Source: Macrostomum lignano (Eukaryota). From it: 31,990 nucleotides of DNA. The position numbers and the translations under genes are program-made. Below, in pieces: positions 21,305 through 31,990 of the stretch. Location: the NCBI GenBank assembly GCA_002269645.1, contig NIVC01000742.1, positions 1-31,990 on the forward strand, read 5' to 3'. Each line of letters begins with the position of its first letter. The stretch's first letter is position 1. The notes below the pieces were generated by a model. The model had not been told where the DNA came from. It searched no databases and saw only the letters and a list, made by a program, of their open reading frames with translations.

Positions 21305-24300
21305 CTGCAGGTTTTAGGAGGGTTTGTGCGGTTTTAGCGGACTTCCCATATCACCCAGTTGCTTAGGTAATAGCTTCCGCGAGCTTCTTCATGTAACAAG
21401 AACAACTTCATGTAACTAAAACAAGGATTTTAAGTTGTCCCCGACTGCTACTTAGTCGGTATATTTAACATTGAGCCATTTCTTAGCCAAGATGCATGTA
21501 CCGTGCCAGGAAAATTTCTGATCAAATGGTGCAAGTCTGAAGAAAATCGGTTGAGCCAATTTTTCTGAAATCTATCGCATAGCTAGATAGATAGATAGAT
21601 AGAGACAGACAACTCATTTTTAGTACTAGTCGGTATAAGCAAAGAAACACAGCTAATGGGCACAAGCGCTTGTGCAGTATTGCATACAGCAGCATTCAAG
21701 TCGCTTACGATGATAAAGATGACGAGGACAAGCAGGAAAAGTCCGCCAATTACTGCAACCAGAATGATCAGGATGGTGTAATCCTGCGACACGGCCTCAG
21801 GGCCACCGCTTGTGGCTGTGCCGGCACTGGCTGCCGCAGTCGTGGCCGCTGCCCGAGTGGTGGATTCGACGGCCGTTGTCGTTGAGCTGGTACTGGTGAG
21901 GCTTGTGACGGCTGTGAATTTAGGGAACCATTCGAAATTATTTCATATGGTATATACATGTCAAAGGCACAAAAAGCGCTTGCAATTTAAGCTGCTTTGC
22001 TCACCCGAAGATCCAATGTTATCGATGATGACACCACCCAGATCTGTTGCTTTCAAACCTTTTGTGAGAAGCTCGATAATAGAAGCTGCTGTGTTTGTAG
22101 ACGTGTCTCGAACCACAAGGTTTCCACTGATGACAACACTTCCCGACTTAAACTGTAAGTTTACTGCGTTTTGCAGTTCACCATAAAGCGAAGTTGACCT
22201 GGATGATTTCATAATGGTCTCAAAGGCGTAGTTAGCCAGCTGCTTGTAGCGCCAACTGTTCGGGTCTGCATAGTCATCGAACCACTGCAAATTTGAAAAG
22301 CGGAACGAGAACGGCACGGTCTTGACGTTCTTAAACACAGGCTGGTAGTTGGACGGACAGATGCAAGACGTCGTTGTGGGCGCAACAGTCGTAGTTGTAG
22401 TCGGAGTTGTAGTAGTGGTGGAAGTAGTCGTTGTTGTTGTGGTGCTTGTAGTTGGAGTAGTAGTGGTAGTAGTCGGAGTGGTTGTGGTAGTAGTCGGAGT
22501 GGTTGTTGTAGTAGTCGGAGTGGTTGTGGTAGTAGTCGGAGTGGTTGTGGTTGTAGTCGGAGTGGTTGTGGTTGTAGTCGGAGTGGTTGTTGTAGTAGTC
22601 GGAGTGGTTGTGGTAGTAGTCGGAGTGGTTGTGGTAGTAGTCGGAGTGGTTGTGGTAGTAGTCGGAGTGGTTGTAGTAGTAGTCGGAGTGGTTGTGGTAG
22701 TAGTCGGAGTGGTTGTGGTAGTAGTCGGAGTGGTTGTGGTAGTAGTCGGAGTGGTTGTGGTAGTAGTCGGAGTGGTTGTGGTAGTAGTCGGAGTGGTTGT
22801 GGTAGTAGTCGGAGTGGTTGTGGTAGTAGTCGGAGTGGTTGTGGTAGTAGTCGGAGTGGTTGTGGTAGTAGTCGGAGTGGTTGTGGTAGTAGTGGTTATT
22901 GATGTAGTCGTTGTCAAACACACTGCTGGAACTGTCGTGAAGCAGCCGTTGATGATGAGGTACATTTGGAAATTCGTGCTCGTTGCTGAAGCCGTCTTGA
23001 GTGTGCGCGGCAAAATTATGAACTGAGCTACTGGAAAGCCGATGTCGAAGCACAGATCCGCCGCAGTGTCTGAGGATACCAAGCTAGCAAGATTTTGGAA
23101 AGGTGCCGCATAGAACTGCTTGTATCGAATCGTAGCCTCTCTAACGTTTCCGGAGAGACACAACTAGAATTATGGCAGGGTAGAGCATTTAAGACCGATG
23201 CGTTCTCTGCACTGCTTAGAGAAATAAAGCTAAAAAAGCTTACCCTGTCAATATAAATTCCACTACGACAGTTATTAATGGTAAGATCCACAGTCAAATA
23301 TCCATCCGTACCGGTGCGAATATTGAAGCCAGTAGCATCACTGAAGCTGGTGGCCCCCGTGATATAGTCCATTGGCAGGAGCGATGAGTTCGACAGAGCG
23401 TTTACCATTGGACAGACTGAATAAACAATTTGCTTTTAGCCGTTAGCGTTCAGAATAAACAAACAATTTTGTCTTTACATAAAGGATAGTGCATTTGACT
23501 TACACGTGGTTCCCACAGTCGTAACGGTCGTGGGGGTTTTGGCAGTAGATGAACTGCTGGTCGTCGTGCTTGACGTGGTTGCGCTAGTGCTTGTCCTCGT
23601 GCTGGTCGTTGGAGTGCATCCCGGAATCGGCATGAAGCAGCCATACACCGACAGGAAGAAGTTGTAAGTGCTAGATCCGGTGGCTGCAGAAGACTTCAGT
23701 TCCTTCGGTGCGATGATGATAGAGCTCACGTTGAAGTTCAGGTCGTAGCACAGAAGTCCTGGACCGTCTTGAATAATAGTTGTGGACTGAACCAGTGGCA
23801 GGTATGACTGAGATGCCGATGTCTGGTAGATGAGGTCAGCTCTCTTTACATTACCGCCGATAAGGCAAACCTAAAAAGTGCAAGGATTTTTCGGTTACAG
23901 ATTGAATCGTGACGCGACTCTAATGACCAATTAAATCAATGCTACAGAGACTAATTGTACCTGTGTGATGTATTCTGGTCTGCGGCAGTTGTTGGATGTC
24001 AAATCGATGAAAAGTCCTTCGCCGGGTGCTCTAGACATTGTGTAGCCCAATACAGGAGAGAATGTTGCTCCACTGATGGCCCAGGAAGGCAGCAACGATG
24101 TATCAGCGATCGCATCGACAGCAGGACAAACTAAGAGAAATATTCAAGTTCAGTATACGATAACAAAAAGTTTTAAAAGAAATTAAGCCAAAGTACTTAC
24201 ATGTTGGCTTTGGTGTAGTAGTTGCTGTCGTAGTTGAACTTATTGTTGTCGATGTGGTGGAAGCTGTTGAAGTAGTTGGTGTTGTTGTTGCAGTTGACTT

Positions 24301-27300
24301 TGTTGTCTCCGTTGTGGAAGCAATTGGTGTTGTAGTTGTGGAAGATGTTGGCAGTGTAGTAGTTTTCGTCGTTGTTGGTGTAGTTGTAGTTGTAGAACTT
24401 GTTGATGGTGTCAATGTGCTTGAAGTTGTAGTAGAGGTCGAAGTTGTTGGAGATGTAGTCGATGTGCTGGTTGTTGGAGTCGTCGTTGTGGGTGTTGTAG
24501 TCGTACTCGTTGTTGTTGAAGTCGTGGTTGAAGTTGTCGTTGGAGTAGTAGTTGTGGTGGTAGTCGTTGGAGTCGTGAGGCAGGCGCTTGTTAGAGGCGT
24601 GAAGCAGGCATCGACTCTAACAAAGAAATTGAACATACTGTCGGTCGAGAACGATTTGAGTCGCAGAGGCACAATTGCTATTTTAGCTACAGTCTCTTTG
24701 TTGAGAACTGTGTAGCACCACGGACTCGTAGTGTCAACTGAGATGCTCGAAGCAGACAAATCAGGTGAGTACTTTTCAGTGCTTAATCTTGCAAACAGCA
24801 AGTTGGCTTCTCGCACGTTACCAATCAGACAAATCTGAAAGAATAAGCGGACATTCCAGTGTATGGAAACATGTGAGGAAAATATAGTTCAAGACACGTC
24901 ATAAATGACATACAAACGCGTACCCTATCAACGACTATTGGCGGCCGACATGAGTTTACAGTCAGATCAATCTCAAGGCTTCCGTTCTTCAGAGGAAGTC
25001 TGTAGCCATAGAATGGGTCGTATTCTCCACCAGTTACAGCGAATGAAGGAATCAAGTTGGACTGGTAGAAGCCGTCAATAGCGCAAGACGTTGTGGTTTC
25101 CAGTGTTGTGGTCAGAGTAGTTCTTGTTGTCGTCGATGTCGTAGTGCTGGTCGTTGGAGTCGTCGTAGTGGTAGATGTAGTCGGTGTAGTTGTAGTAGTG
25201 CTTGTTGTAACAGTAGTCGGCGTGGTCGGCGTTGTAGTAGTTGTAGTCGTGCTGGTAGTGCTGGTGCTGGTCGTTGTGGTCGGCGTGGTCAGACACGTGG
25301 AGTTAAGAGGATTGATGCAGGCCATGAGAGACACGAAGAACTGGTACTCGGTTGAGTTGTAGCCAGGCTTTGTAGCTTGAGGAACAATCATTAGTTCAGA
25401 GGTGAGTCTATTAAGATCATAGCACAGAGGATCTCCAGTTGAAGAAGTCTTTCCTGGCGTGTTGAAGTCGGGTACCAGTTTGTCGCTGGTTGGCTCTCGG
25501 ATCAAGATTTGTGCATTGAACACGTTTCCAGCGATGCACAGCTGCAATCACGATCGTTGACGATTAGTTAGATTAATGTTATATACGAGCGTAGTTACTA
25601 AGCGAGTAAGCATATCCATGTCGAAAACAGGAATACAACATCTAAACTTTACCCTTGAAATCACAGCAGCGGGTCGGCAGCCAAAGACAGTAAGATCGAT
25701 TTTCAATGCGGCTTTGAGGGGAAGAATGTATCCAAAAAGCTCTCTGTATGTGCCACCAGTGACTGCGAATGATGGCAGCAAGTCCGAACGACTGAAGGCA
25801 TCAACGAGGCATGCTGAAAATCAAGTAGTCAGTTTTAAAAATGATTAATCGCATTTTGTAAGCTGGGTTTCCAAAGAAACTCGAGAACAAAAACTAAAAT
25901 GTTTCTTTTTAAACGTTGTTTTAACTTACAAGTAGTAGTAGTCGGGGTTGTTATTGTAGTTGTTGGAGTCGTCGTCACAGTCGTGGTGGGCGTAGTTGTA
26001 GTTCTAGTAGTGGTAGGTGTAGTTGTTGTAGTGGAAGTCGAAGAGGTGCTTGTCGATGTTGGCGTTGTTGTAGTTGTAGATGACGTTGGTAGAGTAGTTG
26101 GCGTTGTGGTTGTTGGCGTTGTGGTTGTTGGAGTTGTTGTAGGAGTTGTTGTTGGCGTTGTAGTTGTTGAAGTTGTGGTCGGTTTTGTTGTGCTTGTTGT
26201 TGTGCTTGTAGTGGGAGTTGTGGTACTTGTGGTAGTAGTAGTGGCTGTAGTCGTTGTGGTTGTGGTTGTTGGTGTTGTTTGGCATGTGTCGTTAAGCGGC
26301 AAGAAGCAAGCTTGTATAGTCAAGAAAAACTGATAGTTCACTGCAGGAGCTTGAAGAGCAGTAGGCTTGACTTGGAGCTCGACCATGTCGATGTTCAAAT
26401 TGTAGCACAGTTGAGAACTACTAGTTTCATAGTTTATTGAGTCGGCGAAGATAACCGGATAGTCGGAATATGTTCTTCGATAAACCACGTTTGATCTTTT
26501 TACATTTCCTCCTATCAAGCAAACCTGAAATGTTCCAAGCGTTTTAAACGGAGTATCTGAAGACAAAATTCTCGTAGTCTATAGTAAGCACACTGCTTAG
26601 CTGGTAAAACTACTACATCATTCGTAACAAAACTCAGAAACAAAAAATATTCAAATAGTTTTACGTGATAAACTGTTTAGGTTTGCTCTCAACACTAACT
26701 GTCGAACAAAAACTATAAGAGTTAAAGTACTAAATAGTACTTTATACTAATTGCTTAATAGTACTACGAGGGTGTTCAAAACGTCTTAGGACGTTTTCTC
26801 ATTACTGTTGGGCTGCGCCCTTCCAGTGCTTGTGTACTTTGTCTTGTTTTCATTTTTTCATGCCGCCCCGCCCCGTCCCCCGTCTCGCGCCCGGGCCAGG
26901 GTTTGTGAGAGGCGTAAGCCTCAACCCTGGCCTAGCCCTTTCTGCACCCAGCCCCCGGCCCAACTTCTGTCCAATCTGGTTGCTGACCCTACCCCCTCCC
27001 TCTTTGCCCGCCTCACCCTAGGGCTGCTCGTATTGGCTGGCTGGCTGATAAGCCGGCTGGGCCCCAGGGTTTGGCTCGCCCTCTCCATTCTGCCCACCCC
27101 TCCCCTTTTCTGTGTAAATATTATGTAAAGGCTAGCCCTGAGCGGGCTGCGCTCCACGCTTTTCGTTCTTTCTGATTTTTCCGTTCTTCGGCGTACCTCT
27201 GCCCTTTGCGTACCAATAACTGCTTCGTGCCAATAACTGCTTTTTGCCAATAAACGTTCCGCCAATTCTAACGCCTTGTTAATAAGTCGATACATCAAGA

Positions 27301-30300
27301 AGAGGTGAGCGCGTGCTTTCTTCTTTCGGGTTGCCGCGTGGGGCCGGATCTGTAGGGACCTGGGACCGGTGAACACTCGCTGATCCCAGGGTGGTCGGTC
27401 CGGCGAACTCTCGCCGAACCGAGCGAGGCGGTCGTCGGAGTAGCCAGGGAGGGCTGGGACCGGGGTGTCTCAGGCGGGAGGGCCCGAACCATGACCCGTC
27501 CAGCGGCCATTAGGCCGAGACACAACATTACTCTTTTTAACAGTCAGCAATAGTACTCCTTGCTTGGCACATCTTTCGTTTCTCTGTAATATACGTACCT
27601 GATAAACAGTCAAGGCTCCCCGGCATCCACGAGCTGTGAGGTCAATCGCTATGTATCCACCGCTGGAAACTGGAATGTTCCAGCCAGTAGCGCCGTCAAA
27701 CGTCGCACCAGTGATCGTAAATTGCGGCAAGTACACAGGACTCGATAAACCATTAACGACGGGACAAACTGTAATGACAACGTGAAAATGTCTTATTTAT
27801 TAAGTTATTAATACACTACTTCTCGAATACAGCTCTCAATGACAATTGAGCACTTAAAAGAATCATGTAACGATCTTATTTACTTGTTGTGGGCACTGTT
27901 GTAGTACTTGTACTTGTCAGAGTAGTTGTAGTGGTAGTGGTCGACGTTGTCGGCGTAGTTGTTGTGGTTGTTGTGGGTGTTGTAGTTGTTGTAGTGGTCG
28001 TTGTTGTCGGAGTTGTCAAGCAGGTATTATTCAAAGGTGTGAAGCAAGCCTTGATTGTGATGTAAGCTCGAAATGCCGTGTCGGAGCTGAAAGCGCTCTT
28101 CAACTGTTGCGGTGAGATGCGCACACCAGTGAGCATCATTCCTGTAGGCGGAGTGAAGCACAACGGATCGGAAACCCCAGTAGCTGACTGGCTTGCAGAC
28201 GGAAGATTCGGACTGAATGGTCCTCCGTATGTAGTTTGATACAGGATGTAGGAACTCTGAATGTTTCCTAGTAGACAAATCTGCAAAAACCGTTGTGTGG
28301 TACACAATGGGTATTGTCTAGTGGTATGTCTGAAATGTATTAGCAAAGTGTCACGTTGTAACGAAATTCCTGCTCAATACTCACGCTCTCAACAGTAATT
28401 GGCATGCGGCAGCCAAACACGGAGATGTCCACTGTCATTGTGTAGGTACCACCAGTTCGAATCATGTACCCTGAAGCAGTGTAATTGGCTCCACTGACTG
28501 CAAATGATGGAATAAAGCGCTCATCCGACAAGCCATCAACTGCACATGAAGGCGTAGTTGTAGTAGCAGTGGTCGTTGTGCTCGTCGTCGTGCTCGTCGT
28601 TGATGTCGACGTGGTGGGTGTAGTTGTCGCTGTTGATGTTGTCGTCGGTGTAGTCGCAGTCGTTGTTGTGCTCGTCGAAGTGGTTGGTGTTGAAGTTGTC
28701 GTTGAGGTAGTCGTCGTAGTACACGATACTGGCAGAGGAGTGAAACAGGCCTCGATGGAAAGGAAAAACTGATACAACGAATCGCCTGAGGCTGCGCTTT
28801 TAAACTCTTTCGGAACAATTCTCAGCTCGGAAATGGGAAGCATTGGGTAGTAGCACAGCGGTGTAGCAGTGTCACTTGTATTGTACAGCGACTGCTCGAA
28901 GAAGTCCCAGTAGAGGGTGGAGCCTTGACGGATGATAAGATCAGCTCGTTTTACATTACCGCCGAACAGACAAATCTAAAACGGAACGCATCTGATTTTA
29001 GCATTTGAAATTGCTATTTTATTTAAATATCAAGAAAAGAACAAGTTACATACCCTATTAATTAGGATCGGTGTGCGGCAACCGGATACAGAAATGTCCA
29101 CATAGACGCCTTCCACTGAGCCTCTGGTACATTATATCCTGTTAACGGATTATAACTAGGAGCATTGATAGAAGAACTAGGAATCAAGACGCCGTTGAGT
29201 CCGTTCACCAAACAGGATGTTGTTGTCGACGGAGTGGTTGTAGTAGTGTGCTAGTTGCTGTTGTGGTCGATGTCGGCGTTGTGCTAGTAGTTGTGGGAGT
29301 TGTTGTTGTGGATGAAGTAGTCGACGTTGTAGAAGTCGTCGTTGTCGACGTCGTTACAGGTTGAGTTTGACAGGCTGTAGTTAGAGGCGCGAAACAGCCC
29401 TCAAGGCTCAGGAAGAATAAATAATTCGTTTCCAGCGACGAGCTGTTCAGTAGTGCGACTGGCGTGATTGCAATGCTAGATATGTTTGCCCCGAGAGTTA
29501 TGCAAAGAGGAGTCAACGAAGACGAGACAGATACCAAATTGGATTCCAAGACAAGATCGAACCGACCGGTCGGATAAGTCGTCTGGGTAGACACCGTTAC
29601 CTGCCTTACATTTCCTGTCACACAAACTCTCGTTAGGTATGTAGGAACAGGATTACATCCTCCAGCAGTCAAATCTATGATAAGATCTCGTCTCGGACTC
29701 ACTGGCATCTCGTATCGACCAGTTACATAAGTGGCGCCGGTAATGGCCCAATCAGGTATGTACTTTCTATCACTAAGGCCATTGAGTGCTGGACAAATTG
29801 TAGGCTTGACAGTAGTTGTAGACGTTGTTGTCGTTGACGTTGTCGTAGGAGTTGTAGTTGTGCTGGTAGTTGTAGGTGTTGTAGTGGTTGTTGAAGTAGT
29901 CGTCGGTGTTGTGGTAGTGCTACTAGTTGTAGTAGGCGTTGTAGTTGTGCTTGTAGTACTCGAAGTTGGAGTGGTTGAAGTGGTAGATGTAGATGTTGAA
30001 GTGGAGGTTGTTGGTGCGACTGTGGTAGACGTCGTCGTTGGAGTTGTAGTGGTAGTAGGAGTAGTCGATGTCGATGTTGTTGGTGTAGTTGTGGTTGACG
30101 TCGTCGTGGGTGTCGTTGTCGTTGACGTCGTCGTGGGTGTCGTTGTTGTGGTGGTGGTTGTTGTAGTAGTCGTAGTAGTGAGACAGCTGGCATTTAAGGC
30201 AGTGAAGCAGCCGTAGATATTCATATAAAATGTGAAATCTGATCCTGTTCCAGGAGTCATTGTCTGTGGCATCAGCTGCAAACCGGTGATGTCTCTGTTC

Positions 30301-31502
30301 ACTTGAAGACAAAGCAGCCCGTTTCACCCGTAACGGATGCAGGGAAAAGCACAAGCCTAGAATCCAGATTGTTCTGTACTGAAATCAGAGTCGTTTGCAC
30401 ATTTCCACCGAGACAGACGCTAAAAATTCGAATTGGCGCACGACATCCGCGAGCAGAGATATCCACCACAATAGAACCAAGTGGTTGAACAACGAATGCT
30501 CCTGCTCGATTAATAGATGCCCCAGAAATGTCTTGATCTGGTATAAACTGCGCGCTTGTCATTCCGTCGACCACAGGACAGTCTAAAAATCATATTTTTA
30601 CAGACAAATGATGATTATAACAAAAAACAATAAAATGAAACGAAAGGGTTAGATTTCTATTACTACTAATTCTTACAGGTCGTAGGTGTAGTTGTAGTAG
30701 TAGAAGTTGTTGTCGGTGTCGTCGGAGTAGTGCTTGTCGTTGTGCTGGTTGTCGTTGAAGTAGTTGAAGGCGTGGTTGTAGCTGTACTGGTTGTTGTAGG
30801 AGTTGTAGGGGTTGTTGTTGTTCTTTTGTTGTTGTTGATGTTGTTGTGCTTGTTGTGCTTGAAGTTGGTGTTGTCGTCGGTGTAGTGGTTGTTGGGGTCG
30901 ATGTCGTCGGTGTTGTTGTAGTCGATGTCGTTGGTGTTGTTGTGGTTGATGTTGTTGTTGAGGTTGTGGGAGTAGTTGTAGTTGACGTTGTTGATGTCGT
31001 CGTAGTCGTTGTAAGACAGGACGCGTTTAAGTTGCTGAAGCAGCCATAGATCGATAAGAAGAAGTAGTAGGAACTTGCTGTCGTCTTTAATAGCTGCGGT
31101 TCTACCTGAACACTGATGACATCTCTGTTTACATCAATGCACAGAATTTCTCCTTCCTTTGCAGTGAGCGTAGCCGAGTCAGGGATCAGGTAGGGAATCA
31201 CGTCTGTGTTGAATCGCACCAGAACAAATGCTTGAGCAACGTTTCCAGCTATGCAAACCTAAAATTTAGGTTAGTGTGATATTATAGTCAATGATTGTGT
31301 CAGTTGGCAGAAATGCTGCTTTTTCTTACTCTTAGAACCCGAGTTGCGGGACGACAGCCTCTCGACGAGATGTCGACAATGACAGACGTTCTTTGCTGAA
31401 GTGTAAACGCTCCTGAGACTTGACGAGTGCTGTTACCGAATGTCGCAATGTCGATAGCGGGGATCATCGAAGGGTACAGCATACCATCGACGCTGGGGCA
31501 AT
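21197..31502 (-). CDS. Gene A, 3' part: very large type I membrane mucin, >=10 x [6-Cys discoidin-like domain + Thr/Ser/Pro tract], then SEA, transmembrane helix and short cytoplasmic tail
   Basis: Exons built by hand: 31502-31330, 31258-30677, 30582-29054, 28975-28385, 28280-27884, 27768-27599, 26524-25930, 25813-25653, 25541-24924, 24834-24201, 24130-23961, 23870-23504, 23416-23244, 23163-22005, 21911-21709, 21304-21197. All are GT..AG. The total is 7630 nt and gives 2544 codons once four single-base gaps (~30825, ~30320, ~29248, ~29128) are restored. TAG stop at 21199-21197. The 5' end lies outside the window. Confidence 0.9.
21558..21625 (+). repeat. Second copy of the 7172-7227 interspersed repeat, with a short (GATA)n inside, in the last intron of gene A
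   Basis: Same two flanking blocks as at 7172-7227. Confidence 0.6.
21709..21774 (-). other. Transmembrane helix of gene A
   Basis: [22 protein letters not shown], continuing VYAV after the splice, followed by basic stop-transfer residues TRRLR. Confidence 0.92.
22010..22325 (-). other. SEA domain with autoproteolysis motif FKSG^SVVI (GSVV at 22143-22132)
   Basis: [30 protein letters not shown]...[16 protein letters not shown] fits the SEA pattern (F.f.....w...l.dp.S..y..L...GSVV) and sits membrane-proximal as in MUC1/MUC3-type mucins. Confidence 0.9.
22455..22892 (-). repeat. Near-perfect 21-bp coding tandem repeat encoding (PTTTTTT)n, ~20-21 copies
   Basis: Unit CCGACTACTACCACAACCACT on the minus strand; directly visible. 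Confidence 0.97.
26806..27527 (+). mobile_element. Solo LTR (722 bp) in a gene A intron
   Basis: Termini TGTTG...CAACA form a perfect 5-bp inverted repeat. A 4-bp target-site duplication TTAC lies at 26802-26805 and 27528-27531. AATAAA at 27249 suggests plus orientation. It is a GC-rich block in an AT-rich intron. Confidence 0.85.
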
Positions 31503-31505
31503 CTG
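31014..31505 (-). repeat. Dispersed duplicate, copy 2 (first gene A module in the window); partner at 4023-4514
   Basis: As for copy 1. Confidence 0.97.
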
Positions 31506-31990
31506 CGATTGAGCGCCAGATTTAGGCAATATTAAAATCTTATTTCTTATAGAGTCGATATACAAAGCCAAGTTAACAGGCCTAGTATGGTGTCCTTAAA
31601 GCATATGTACTAGTCCCTGTAGCGCTACACATTTAAACTAATTAGTTCGTAAAAGAAATAAAGCGTTGGTATGTATTTTTCTTTGCTAGAACTGTTTCTT
31701 TTTTTAGTTTTTTAATTTATTATTCTTGTTTGTGTTCTTTGAAATTCGTGCGTTGTTGTCGCAAGTACATTTTTTAGTTTGTCACTGGTTGCTGGTATAG
31801 AATTTAACATATGCTCGTAATTTATTTAGATCTATTCTCTTGATGAAGAAAAAAACACTTTTATTTAGCAATTGATATCAATTTGATGTTTGTTTTATTA
31901 TTACTTACTACCAGTCATAGCAAAGCTACTGCAATATCTGATTCTAAGTTAAGGCTAAAGTTAAAGCAACGACATTAGGACTATCTAACC

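Noticed and set aside
22331-23053. 240-aa His/Tyr/Asp repeat ORF (DYYHNHS)n and similar Gln/Leu- or Asn/His-rich ORFs
   Set aside because: Alternative frames of the Thr repeats; stop-free only because the repeat unit lacks stops.
26765-26785. TA-CGAGGGTGTTCAAAA resembling a mariner terminal repeat
   Set aside because: I found no inverted partner in the window and no transposase.
29120-30830. Programmed ribosomal frameshifting or RNA editing to explain the broken frames
   Set aside because: No shared slippery heptamer or common context; the sites are irregular and clustered, which simple sequence error explains better.

Overview
Eukaryotic (metazoan) genomic DNA with short GT-AG introns. A lophotrochozoan such as the flatworm Macrostomum is my guess from the intron sizes, repeat content and (GATA)n arrays, and I cannot confirm it. 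The window holds two tandem, minus-strand, multi-exon paralogous genes for very large mucin-like proteins. Each is built from a repeated ~135-aa six-cysteine globular domain, resembling a degenerate F5/8 type C (discoidin) domain, alternating with Thr/Ser/Pro tracts. Gene A (3' part, 31502 to 21197) has 16 exons, 10 domains and about 2,540 codons here, and ends in a SEA domain with GSVV, a transmembrane helix and a short tail. Gene B (5' part, 5966 to <1) starts with a signal peptide and shows 4 domains. One whole two-exon module, including its 71-nt intron, is about 98% identical between the two genes, while the other modules are highly diverged. The 15-kb gap between the genes is mostly repeats: (GATA)n and (ACTC)n arrays, minisatellites, LINE ORF1 and RNase H fragments, a 2.35-kb foldback-like palindromic element and a truncated Mag-like Ty3/Gypsy element. 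A 722-bp solo LTR sits in an intron of gene A. Clusters of 1-nt indels at 1-460 and 29.1-30.85 kb break the reading frames and look more like long-read consensus errors than pseudogenisation, but the sequence alone cannot settle this.
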